A DNA stretch of 64,000 bases from Ramazzottius varieornatus (taxonomy: Eukaryota > Animalia > Tardigrada): assembly GCA_001949185.1 (NCBI GenBank), contig BDGG01000003.1, positions 4,771,092-4,835,091 on the forward strand, in the 5' to 3' direction. Positions 25,496 through 36,462 of the stretch are shown one piece after another. The translations under genes were made by a program, and so were the position numbers. Below the pieces are notes generated by a model. It was given only the letters and a program-made list of their open reading frames with translations, was not told where the DNA came from and ran no database searches. How positions within the stretch are numbered: position 1 is the first letter of the stretch; every line of letters begins with the position of its first letter.

Positions 25496-26017
25496 TTTGA
25501 TGGGCGGAGAGTTGAGAGCGACAGCTTTTCCGATCTGTAACAAAAAGAGAAGGACTTTTTGAAGGCGCGGCTCACATCGGAACGAACCACCAGATCGACC
25601 AGAATCTGATATTGGTGGTCTCAGAAATCAGAATGAACGCTATTACATGAACTGCTGCTGATGCGGATCCGTGCTGACGAAGGCAAAGTGAAATCCGGTG
25701 GACGATGTGAAGTCGTTCAGACTCATTCTCGAACCTCTTTGTTATGGTTTTTTACCATTGATACGTACTTGCGATACGTCATGCAAAGAGCAAGACCTGT
25801 TGTGGCCTATTGCCCAACACAGTGCATGTTTTACACGGCGGATGGTATGTCATCCTGTGCGCATAGATAGTATGGGCAAATCAGCGGTAGTATACATCAT
25901 AGTAATCATGCACTTGACTACTCGACTTCCGCCGTCTTCCGTAAGTCCATTTCTTGCTTCTGCACGCTCTGATTGAGCATCAAGATGAATAGCCTACGCC
26001 CGTAACTGCCTCGGAGG

Positions 26018-26449
26018 ATGGAGAATCAACCGGAGCCGAGAACGGAGGATGGAAGCTACGCTGGAATCTCTTCTGCTGCGCCTCAAAGCGAGACATTCCA
26101 GACGGTTATCGGAGAAACGCCGGTCTACCTTCACATGATCAAGCTTCGCCGATCCTGTTTCCTGTGGATAGGTGATGGTCGTAAGCGCCTAGACTCCTTA
26201 TCTGTTGCTCTTCCCAATCCCTTCGACGTGAGTAAGGTTCCCTTACTCACCTCCATCATTGATCGACGACCATCCGAACTTCAAGCGGCTCGAGATGAAG
26301 GACAACAGATCGCTTCCAAGCTATCAAGAAAACTCGATGCCCAAGTCTTCGTCACTTACAACATCGAGTCGAACGATGATGACTTAGTACAAGGAATCGA
26401 AATGTACCTCTTTAATCTTATAAAAACAGGAACGAAGTTCGTACTATGA
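26018..26449 (+). CDS. PSMG4: Proteasome assembly chaperone 4, intronless CDS
   Basis: LHMIKLRRSCFLWIG, LDSLSVALP, IASKLSRKLDAQVFVTYN fit PAC4 motifs. Confidence 0.85.
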   Translation: MENQPEPRTEDGSYAGISSAAPQSETFQTVIGETPVYLHMIKLRRSCFLWIGDGRKRLDSLSVALPNPFDVSKVPLLTSIIDRRPSELQAARDEGQQIASKLSRKLDAQVFVTYNIESNDDDLVQGIEMYLFNLIKTGTKFVL

Positions 26450-26470
26450 AATTTCTCATTGAGAATTTTT

Positions 26471-27829
26471 CTATTCAGGTGAAGGTAGACGAAATCTTCC
26501 TTGTATGAAAATTCTTTCGACGTTCAGATCTTCCTTCTTGTTCACTGTTTGTCGATGAATGTATACGCAGCTGTCCACTTCGAACCCATTGCTGGTGAAG
26601 AGCTCGCATAGTTCTTCTGTAAAAGAACCGAATAAACTGTGGTTACAACGAGAAAACTGCCTGTAGATCATTTTTCCAAGTGGCTCGCACTTCAAGCCAT
26701 AACACCAGAACAGTGCGCCACTTGGAGACACAGTGCTCTATTGCTCGTCAAGACTGTTTTCCCAAGTGGCGCACGCTTTCAGTCAGCGGCACTGTTGATG
26801 TGCGCCACTTGAGAAAGCAGTCTTGCCGAGTTTGTTTACCGCGAGCCCATTATAATTATTTTAGCCCATGTCTGGGGTTCACTGACCAACCTGTTGTGAA
26901 ATAGTAGGTGTAAGTTCCGTCTTGACGATAGTAGAACCTTTCGTCGAGTTTGTGTCCTGGAGCGAAGCGGATCATGGCATGATCGTACAGACCGTAATCG
27001 CGGAAGAGAACGATCCCTCCTGGTCGAAGAACCTTTCTCACGTTCGACAACGCTGTGGACATCTTGTCAGGCCTAATGGCCGAGAGAACGAATATGAGCG
27101 TTACAATGTCTACAGGCTCGGAAAGATTATCATGAAAGGTCCCTTCCGTAACGTCCGCGACGAAAGCTGAGCATTTGCCCTGAGCATACTGTGGATTTTC
27201 CTACGACGACAATAAACGCCCTTCCAACTTCCTTGTTTGAAAAGGAGAAAAACAAATTCGGAGGCCGTCAAACGGAATGTTAAGGATTGATGTCTTAGGT
27301 GGCCCACGTTTCCAGCTTTGACAATGAAGAATTGCGCCACTTAGGAAAACAACTATCGAACTGACAAGAGCGTTTTTCGAAGTTCCGCATTCTCTTGGCT
27401 AATGACAGGGATAACGTGAGCCACTTGAAATAACGATCTTTTGCCTTTCGTTTGCAGGCCTACAAATTACGGAATGTTGTCCTCGACCTACTTTAACAAG
27501 GGCAATAGCTGTGGGAGAAAGATCACAGGCGTAAATGAACAAGGAAGGGTTATCTTCCAGTAACGGAAAGACGAAGTTTCCGACTCCGCATCCAATCTCA
27601 AGAAGCTTCGTCGACGAACCCGGGCCCAAAGGAACCTGCACCAGCTCGGAAAACTCTCTGGTAGTCCAGTGTCGATCCTTGAAGAACTTATCTGTATTCC
27701 TCTTGTAGAACCTGTCCCAACTCCGAATTGTTTCCTTTTCCAACTGGAAACGCTTGAGAGAGGACACGGGTCGGTAATCGTGCTTCGCCAATTGAGCCAT
27801 TTCCGCCTCACTCAAAATTCGAGGAACCG
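26471..27829 (-). CDS. METTL6: tRNA m3C methyltransferase METTL6; exons 27492-27829, 26891-27200, 26471-26616; true start unresolved (first in-exon ATG at 27800)
   Basis: WDRFYKRNTDKFFKDRHWTTREF, LEIGCGVGN, IFVLSAI, FRDYGLYDHAMIRF, RQDGT, RIFIQGRF. Confidence 0.92.
26645..26849. mobile_element. Family A element, two modules, METTL6 intron
   Basis: Two caagtggc...gtgcgccacttg pairs; ends gagccca. Confidence 0.85.
27255..27462. mobile_element. Family A element, two degenerate modules, METTL6 intron
   Basis: ggaggccgtcaaacggaa ... ttcgtttgcaggcct termini. Confidence 0.75.
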
Positions 27830-27963
27830 CTGTATAAAACAGAACAGAATTTACAAGGCTTGTTCTCCGCACACTTTATTTCATTTTTCAGTCATTCCAA
27901 CAGATCACAACTCACAAGAATGTACACTGATTTAGGCAAAATAAGAAATAAAAAGGAAACTGA

Positions 27964-28182
27964 TCAAACTTTGAAACCTTGGCTGCGCATACATTGTTTA
28001 TGGGCTTCGATCAAACTCTGGCAGTTCATCTCCCCGTTCTCCATTATACATTCGTCCCTCACACGTTTGGTCTCCGGACAGGCACAGCAGGCTTTGCACT
28101 TGGGTTTCTCCGTCACCGTCTGGTCGCCCATGTCTCCTCCAGATGACGAGGGGAGCGCTTTCGTCGCTACGACGCTCGACAT
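27964..28182 (-). CDS. COX17: Cytochrome c oxidase copper chaperone COX17
   Basis: [21 protein letters not shown]...[17 protein letters not shown] (CCxC and twin CX9C). Confidence 0.96.
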   Translation of the reverse strand: MSSVVATKALPSSSGGDMGDQTVTEKPKCKACCACPETKRVRDECIMENGEMNCQSLIEAHKQCMRSQGFKV

Positions 28183-28763
28183 GATGCAATCCTCCTGTCA
28201 ATGAAATCCTTCTCGGAGACGCACCTAGAAAAATTGCACAGCTCTCCACAGTCTTCTTCGTTAGTCAGCGTCCTCAGATAACGATTCGACAATATGACAC
28301 CGAAGCAAGCGCAAGGAGCAAGATCAGAGGACGAGGAGACCAAAAGTTTGACACTTTGAGTTTGAGAGCGAGCCCATAAATCAAGAGGTTCAATCAACTC
28401 GATCAAATTTGCACACAATCGTGAGATTGCGATTTAACTTCACCAAAGTCGTGCTGCTGATTTTGCTGACCGTTGATTAAATGAACCTCAAGTGAGTTCC
28501 CCCACTTTCTTTCCAATTCCTGAGGTTCCCGTTGAAGACTCGAAGATTCTTCTCGTCATCTTCGTATCACATGCTTCATTCGTCAGTACTCTTCATGAAG
28601 AAAACAGCTCGAAACAACACACTGAATGAATGATCTTCCTTACGTTGCGTAAAGCTCAGCACTCGCACGGTCGAGCAAGAATGCTGGTGGTTTTCACAAA
28701 TTCTTCGAGTCGCGCAGAAACAGTTAAAGAACAGAGTGACTGAGTAAAGATTATCGGAAAAGG

Positions 28764-29390
<627 letters not shown>

Positions 29391-29400
29391 TTACCTTGAT

Positions 29401-29413
29401 AGAGAAAAGGGAC
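29401..29413 (-). promoter_or_regulatory. TCT initiator / 5'TOP tract of RPL27A
   Basis: Minus strand CCCTTTTCTCT fits YYCTTTYY and precedes a ~17 nt exon ending aag|gtaagt. Confidence 0.75.
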
Positions 29414-30000
29414 AAACAGATATCACAGGAAGTCCCGAAAACGAAGATGAGATAAACTCGCCGAAACGGCTCTTTGAACAGACTGAAAAATTCGTACAAG
29501 TCGCGCATACAGGTCCTCGGTGGCAGATCGTACGCCATATCGAATCGCAAACCCACCCTCGTGACATTTCATCCAGTTTATACAGCTATTAAATCACGTG
29601 GTTCAGTCCTTGTTCCAGTTTTACCTGTTGACGTACGTCAGTTCATTCAGTGCAGAGCCTGAGACGTCACCCATTGTACGGGCAACAGCTGATTGAGCTG
29701 CAAATAGCAAATCAACAATCAACACAATGGGACTTCTCAAAAATCCAGTTTTGTTCTCTTCCTCCAGAGATCCTATACCATTCTTACGGTGCATTTCTTT
29801 CATTTCAGGTTGCTCTGCCTCCCGGACTTCAGGACACAGCAAGTGGAACGATGGATGCGCAGATCAACAAAACCTGAATGCTGATAACCGCGTCGCCGCT
29901 CTCGACCGGAAGTCTGCACGGTCATCTTGATTCCGCAAATAAACTGCACGTGGAAAGACGCTGGATCACCATCTAAAGGCACCGTACTGATAGCCGAACA

Positions 30001-33000
30001 ATGACGACAAACTGGTCAAGCGAGGACGTTGTATGCGAGCTACGCGATGTCAAAGCGACTGCGGCCGCCATCGACTTCAGTGGGCGCTTTCTCCTTCTCA
30101 GCGGTCGACTTGCGACGTCGATCATCGATCTCAATAATCCCCAAGTCGTGGTCAAGAAGATCCTCCGAAAAAGTCGTTGGGAAGTCGGAGTTGCCGCCTG
30201 GAACTTCCACTACGACTACAGGCACCTCATCGCCATCGGGTCCAACCAGCGGGTGGACATTCTCAACTTTGAATACAACACCACTGACTTGGTGGACAAT
30301 GGACATTCCATCAAAGGCCTCACTCGCACGGTCCTCGACCTCGACTGGAACAACACGGACCCTGGTCTGATCGTCACATGTTCCGTGGACAACTACGTGA
30401 ACATCTGGGATTACAAAGATTTGCGCAAGCCAGTCGCCAGTCTGCCTTCGGTCTGTGGAGCTTCTCAAGCCAAGTGGTCGAAGACGGGCAAGAATTTCCT
30501 TGCCACTGCGCACGAAGCTGATTGCAAGATTTGGGACTTCAGGAAGGCTTCCACACCTGTGGAGTACATTTCCGCGCATTCCTCCAAGGTTAACGGGATT
30601 GATTGGAACCCGAACAACGCGAATCAGTTGGCCACTTGCGCTCAAGATCCCTACATCAAGGTACGCATCCCCTAACGCACCTGCATACCGTGATGACGCC
30701 AGGACATCACAGTGCGTTAGTTTGTAGGTTAATGAAAATTTGCGTGTTGCGTCTGTTCGAATTCTCAGATGATCTACGATCACTTGATAGGTTTTTTCTT
30801 CTAGGTGTGGGATATTACAGCGCTGAAAAAGCCCGAAGTCGTCATTCCCGTGAGTGCTCCAGTATGGAGAGCGCGTTTCGCTCCGTTTGGTGAAGCTCTC
30901 GTTACAACTGGTATTCCGCAATTACATCGCGGTGATACGAAGTTGTCTGTATGGGCTCTGAACGACGTGATTGCTCCTATACATCAGTTCTCAGGACATA
31001 CAGAAGGTGTCTACGACTTTTTCTGGCGACCTCTTCGGTACAACGAGTACCAACTCGTTAGCTGGTCTAAAGACCAGACGCTGAGGCTGTGGAAGACGGA
31101 CTCGTCCATCCAGAAGCAGTGCGGAGCTGCTTACTTGAACCACACCATCGTTCTCGACTATCACCACCACGACTTTACAGGTACAAATGAACGCTGACGT
31201 GACCACAGAAGCTTTTTCGACTGGCTTTATGTTGTAGAGAATGCTTCCCAACGAGGGAAAGAAAACTACCCATCTTCCATGGCGTCTTCCATGTTTTCGG
31301 CTGACGGTATCTCCCCGCCTTCGTCCGCAGTATCTCCTCTAGACAAAGAACTTCGGTCTATCGATATCGCCAACGTGACAGTCGAAGATGTGGACTTGAA
31401 GCTTCGTGTCTGTGCTGTCAATGTGAACGCCGGTCAACACTTGGTCAAACTCCATCTGAGTTTCCCGCTGGGCTACCCGGAAATCAGCATCCCGTCATTC
31501 CAGGTATGCCTTCAGAAGATAGAAGGCTAAATCCGAAACTCGAAAACAATAAAGAAAGAATCGATCAAATTTGATAAATTTGAAAGAATTTATTAATAGA
31601 GCGTGTGTAGGACATCAGCAAATGATTTTACCAAGATCGTATTCCGAAGTGGCGCACGCTCTAGGCTGATATCAAGGAGAGTATACGCCACTTAAGATGA
31701 CGATTAGGGAAAATTCATTCGCCGACGTCTCATGTTTTGGATATTGAACTCGTCCTTAGCCTAGAGGTTGCTCCTTCGCAGATTAATACAGAGACAACTC
31801 TGAATGCCAACGCCGTGAAGCAACTCACCCATTCCATCAAAGGTGCGTTCGAGCGCTGCTTGAAGAACCAAGCAGTGTCAGTCGTTGCCGGTATCCGCAC
31901 CGTCATCCAGTTCCTGGCGAACCTTTCGGCCGACACCAGTCCCTCCCCTCGTTTGGAGATCCACCCAGCCTTCATATCACCTCCCACGCCATCACCCAAA
32001 CCAGCGGTTTCCCCATGGGTCAACCCACCTCCGTCAGCCAGCCGGTACGCGGCTCAGCGAACACAAGAGTCGCCTTTGATATCAGCTGCCACAGCTAAGC
32101 TCTTCGGTAAGCCGGGTGTGACCACGTCCTTCCAGTCTGACACTGTGATACCATTCCCGAGAATATGTGGAGCATGCTTCGCCGGAGACAAGCTGGTCAT
32201 GTGGAGCGACGCGTGGAAACTGGGTAATTCGAGATGGGAAAGTCTTCCGCCTGAAAATAATAAATTGCTTTCTAAGCGTGATTAATTTTACATATTTTTT
32301 AGGCATGTCTTCCGGTGGGGCGCGGGTCATGCTGGATCGCGGTATGTCAGGAATCTTCCCGTCGGAGCTGTCCATTCGACAGAGACAAGTTAGGAGGCAG
32401 TTGAAGAAGAAAGGGAAAGCGGAAAGAAGCTCCATTGTGGTTTACAAAGTTGATGGACTTTTGTCCGTCCACCCTTTACTCGCTGCTGGCTACTCGTAAG
32501 TCGATAACTTTATCCATGTTCTCTACTAGATCTGACTCTGCTCAAGTCTGAAATGAATGTTTCGTACAGAAATGACTGTATGAATCCTACAAGGAGCTTC
32601 ATCATCAATGCGGACCTCGCGGAAAAGTACGAGCGGCGAGACTTGGCCCATGTGTGGCGCCTCCTTGCTGTCACGCTCAGCACTGCACAGTACCCAGGTC
32701 AGTTTTCCCACAGCGTAAGCTCATAAACTTGAGAAACTTGAGGCGATATCCTAGAGCTGTTTAGGATACAATTTGCCATCGTCGGACACGGATGATGCGC
32801 CCTGGTCACTCCATCCGTTCGGCCGAAAACTGGTAGACAGTGTGTAAGCTGGAAATCGGGTTTAACCACGTAGGAGCACTTCCAAGTTCTGATGTTGAAA
32901 TCTCGTCCTGTTGTATATTTGTAGGATAAATTACTACAGAGAAAACTATGACAGTTCCTTCCTGGCGACGCTTCTCTGCATTCTTTGCCGTTCCGGTTCA

Positions 33001-33980
33001 CCAAGCCCACCGCCACCAGCGCCTTCTCCTTCCCCGGAAAAGCCTCTCCTTTCACTGTGCCGCGACTCCCGCGCAGTGAAGTCAGCTTCGCTGTTGGGTC
33101 TTGAAGCGAGGATGAGTAGTTCAAGGGGAGACGAAGCTATGAAGTTGTGGCTTCAGTCAAGACAGCCTGGGCACCTCCGGTCCAACAGCTGGTCCTTCAC
33201 GTCGGAAGACAGGTCTTCACCCTTCAAGAGGCTATCCGAAGAGTATATTCAGAGTTTTCCCGAAACGTACCTCTTGGATCCAGAACGGAAGCTAGAGTTT
33301 GATTTGTATAAGAAAGAATACTGTGACTTGCTGTACGGTTTTCAACTGTTGAATAAACGGGCAGAAATCGCAAAGTGCCTCGGAAGTCCGCCTGAACCCC
33401 ACAAAGGCGTCGGTAAGCTCAAGATTTGCGACCCGGGCTTGGTAAACACAAACTCCGACGAGATGGGTTGTCAAGTGGCGCACGGCTCTAGCCATTATCT
33501 CCGAAAGCGTGCGCCGCTAGGGAAGCAACCCCTTTGACTTGATCTTGTGACGCACGCTCTAAGCCAGTAACATGAGAAAGGTGCACCACTTGGGAAAGAC
33601 GATCTTGTCGAGCTTGTGGCCGTCTGCCATCTGGCTTTTTCTCTCGATAAGCGTATCTTTATGCCATCTTCGTTTCAGAGTTTCTGAGTGTCTGCCATAA
33701 CTGTTCCTGTGATAACCGAGGTTCGCGGTGCTTCCGGTGCAACGTCATTGCCGTCTCTTGCAGTATTTGCCGCTTTCCTGTTCGAGGACTGTCAACCTTT
33801 TGCTTGGCTTGTGGGCATGGCGGGCATCTCAACCATATGGTAACTTCGTGCTTGACACTTCTTTTCGAAGAGAATGATTGGTAACTGGGTTATACGTTTC
33901 AGCAAACGTGGTTCGAGACAAGGACGCTTTGTCCGACTGGATGTGGATGTTCGTGCTTGGAAGCGTTGAAACTCCCCTGA
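30001..33980 (+). CDS. WDR59: GATOR2 subunit WDR59 (Sea3); WD40 repeats, RWD-like domain, C-terminal Zn/RING; multi-exon
   Basis: WD40 repeats, PVWRARFAPFG, LVSWSKDQTLRLW, IPFPRICGACF, HPFGRK, CGHGGHLNHM|QTWF...CPTGCGC. Confidence 0.93.
31607..31730. mobile_element. Family A element, one module, WDR59 intron
   Basis: caagatcgtattccgaagtggcgcacg...tacgccactt. Confidence 0.75.
33428..33630. mobile_element. Family A element, two modules, WDR59 intron
   Basis: caagtggcgcac...gtgcgccgct; ends gatcttgtcgagc. Confidence 0.8.
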
Positions 33981-34503
33981 AGTCTCACAGTAGCTTTTAT
34001 CGTTTTAATTTTGATAAGTCGTAGAGCTTTATTGTTTATCGTTGGATCCTTCACGACTTTCCTCGACAGCTTTATGGTTTTAATGAGTGTATCTGGAGAC
34101 TTTGGAGAGTATCAATTCGAAAATTCAGAAGAGTACTCCGCTCGACACGGAGTCATACAAGAACATGTTTCCAGCTTGTACTCCTCACGCTCTCAGCTTG
34201 TGCTCATCACGTGTTTGAAGCGACCAGAATGCTTCACCATGGAGGAGTCACTCTATATCCTGTCTTTTTCGCGGATGTTTGTACAACTTAACAATAGTTT
34301 TAACAAAGTGGTTCTAACCATTAGACAGCTACGAAGCTATGGCGCTCGGCGCTTGCATGCGAGATACGGATATGAGCAAACCCAAGCAAGAATCGGCTGT
34401 CGACAGCCTCTTCAGGCAAGAAATTTCCTCTTCCAGTCCTAGGTCTTGGATCAAATCCAGAAATTTTTCATGAACAGTAACTCCAATCTTATTGGGCAGA
34501 ATT

Positions 34504-34921
34504 ATGAAGTCCTGTATCCTTATCGTACTGGTCTTTATGTTCACTTTCGCCTTCACTGCTAGAAATTTTGCGGTAAGTTCTTCCGTTTTCATAACATGGT
34601 CTCAGCACCCACAACTGAAACGACATTCCTGCACGGAACATATGTTTTTTTACTCCCGTTTTTACAGTAGAACTGGAAGCGCAATACTCCCTGCATCCCA
34701 TCTGGAAAATGTCAGGCGGTAGCAGAGGATGGAGCCAGCACCAGGCAGGTGGAAACGACGGAAAGTCCTACGCCCTCAGCTGTATTGCTTGTGCCCAGAA
34801 CTGCAACAAGACCTTCAAATGGAAAGACGGTGAGTCGTGCACGATGGTCCCATGTTGAGCTAAGGATTCAAAGATTGATCCTTTACTTCTTTGTTTTCTC
34901 CAGGTGTCTGCGGAATTCTAG
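34504..34921 (+). CDS. Small putative secreted peptide, 81 aa; exons 34504-34572, 34671-34829, 34904-34921; possibly a frameshifted pseudogene
   Basis: Signal-peptide-like MKSCILIVLVFMFTFAFTA; two strong introns (gtaagt..tag, gtgagt..cag), both phase 0. Confidence 0.45.
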
Positions 34922-35715
34922 GGCAGAAAACTTCTCCAACAGAGCTCTTCGGTGAACACCTGGAGAAGCCAAAGCATTCCGGACAGTCGGGACGGGAAGA
35001 GGGGTTGGAGAAACCGGGAAATACCTTCAAGCCTGGCCACAGGGATGAATCATACAGTGTACGACAAAATCAACCGTTAAAAATGGGCGTAACGCTGCAG
35101 TTGGAGATTATTTACGACCCGGCCAATGAGAATTATGTTTTGCTGCATGCGCAACTTTCATTGGCTTCGTCCATCTGGCTCCATCCAACACTCATTTTCA
35201 ACGGTTTATTTTGTCTTACACTGTACCAGCCTCCGAATCGCAGACATTTCGTTTCCTGACGGCCCATCTTGAACTAAGTAACGTAAATTTCCTGGCTCAG
35301 TATCTGCCTGAAAGTGTTTTATTGCGAAAAAAAATGGGCAACCTTGCGAAATTCGGACTAAAAATATCGATGGACGAAAAAATTTAATGGTAAAATTCCT
35401 GGTAAAAATGGCGCTGCGAACAGTACTAAGATAAGTTTCTCAAGAAGGCACACTCTGTAGAAGAATCAACGCCTCATCTATCAAGCAATGAGTATAAATT
35501 GTTTCTCTGACAAGTCATTAGCAAGCGGAATATAGTATAACATGAGCAGGTTTGTGAACACGGAAGTGAGAACTCTCAGCAACATGCTTCGATCGTCGCC
35601 AGTCTGCACAGAACGACGCAAGTTCTCCGGACTGAAAGCTATAAAAATATTTTTTGCTTGCACCTGGAACTCTTTTTCTGCCGGGTGAATACGGACTGAA
35701 ATTTTCGGCAAGCAT

Positions 35716-36462
35716 TCACAAGTCGCTTTCCTGCGGAGCAGAGGAAGTCATAGACTTCAAACCTGCAGACAGAAATTCGAAAACGTAATACCAATCAGCC
35801 GAAAGTCTTGATTGACCAGAGCGAAAATTCATCGTTCTTCCAGAAGCGGTTCCAGAAAAAAAGCCAGCGACAAACATACCCAGATTTTTTGCCAGTTTGT
35901 CGATGGTACTCAGAGCTAAGGGAATCTGTGCTTTGCTATCGGCGGAAACTTCAATCTCTCCCGTATGAAGGTCAAGTTCGGCTACGTGTTCCAAGGTGAT
36001 CTTCGCCGGAAGTGAGCCTTCGTTCTCAGGTAAGCCGTATACCTTCCGACTGCACGTTGATCTGACAAAGACCTGGAAGCCTTCGTTTTCCAGAGCTTCC
36101 TTCAAGCCGGCTCCGTTTAGATGTCCATGCAGATAGCTCCTGGAATTGAGGAACTCGACGATGTGCTCGGGATGAGTGAGGACGCTGGACGTCGATGCCT
36201 TGGCCTCTTTGCCTTCCACATGCTTCAACTCCCACTCTCCACTTCGGAATCGTAAAGAAACCCCGTTCAAGGACAGGATGTAGTCTTGGCGATCGTAGTA
36301 TCCGTCGACATACTGCTCATCGACCAAGATGCGGGCTCCATATGGCTTCAGACGGACATCACAGTCGGCTGGAATCAGGAACGAACGCTGAATTTCTATC
36401 GAGTCCTCCTCCTCGTCCGAGCCGTCGCGAACGTGCGTGTCTCCGTTCTCATGTACTGCCAT
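35716..36462 (-). CDS. THTPA: Thiamine-triphosphatase-like CYTH protein; probable in-frame intron 35763-35879
   Basis: IEIQRSF, DGYYD, LRFRSGEWELK, GEIE follow the THTPA motif order; the catalytic signature is degenerate. Confidence 0.75.
   Translation of the reverse strand: MAVHENGDTHVRDGSDEEEDSIEIQRSFLIPADCDVRLKPYGARILVDEQYVDGYYDRQDYILSLNGVSLRFRSGEWELKHVEGKEAKASTSSVLTHPEHIVEFLNSRSYLHGHLNGAGLKEALENEGFQVFVRSTCSRKVYGLPENEGSLPAKITLEHVAELDLHTGEIEVSADSKAQIPLALSTIDKLAKNLGMFVAGFFSGTASGRTMNFRSGQSRLSADWYYVFEFLSAGLKSMTSSAPQESDL

Noticed and set aside
30040-30921. 293-aa minus-strand ORF
   Set aside because: Antisense shadow of WDR59
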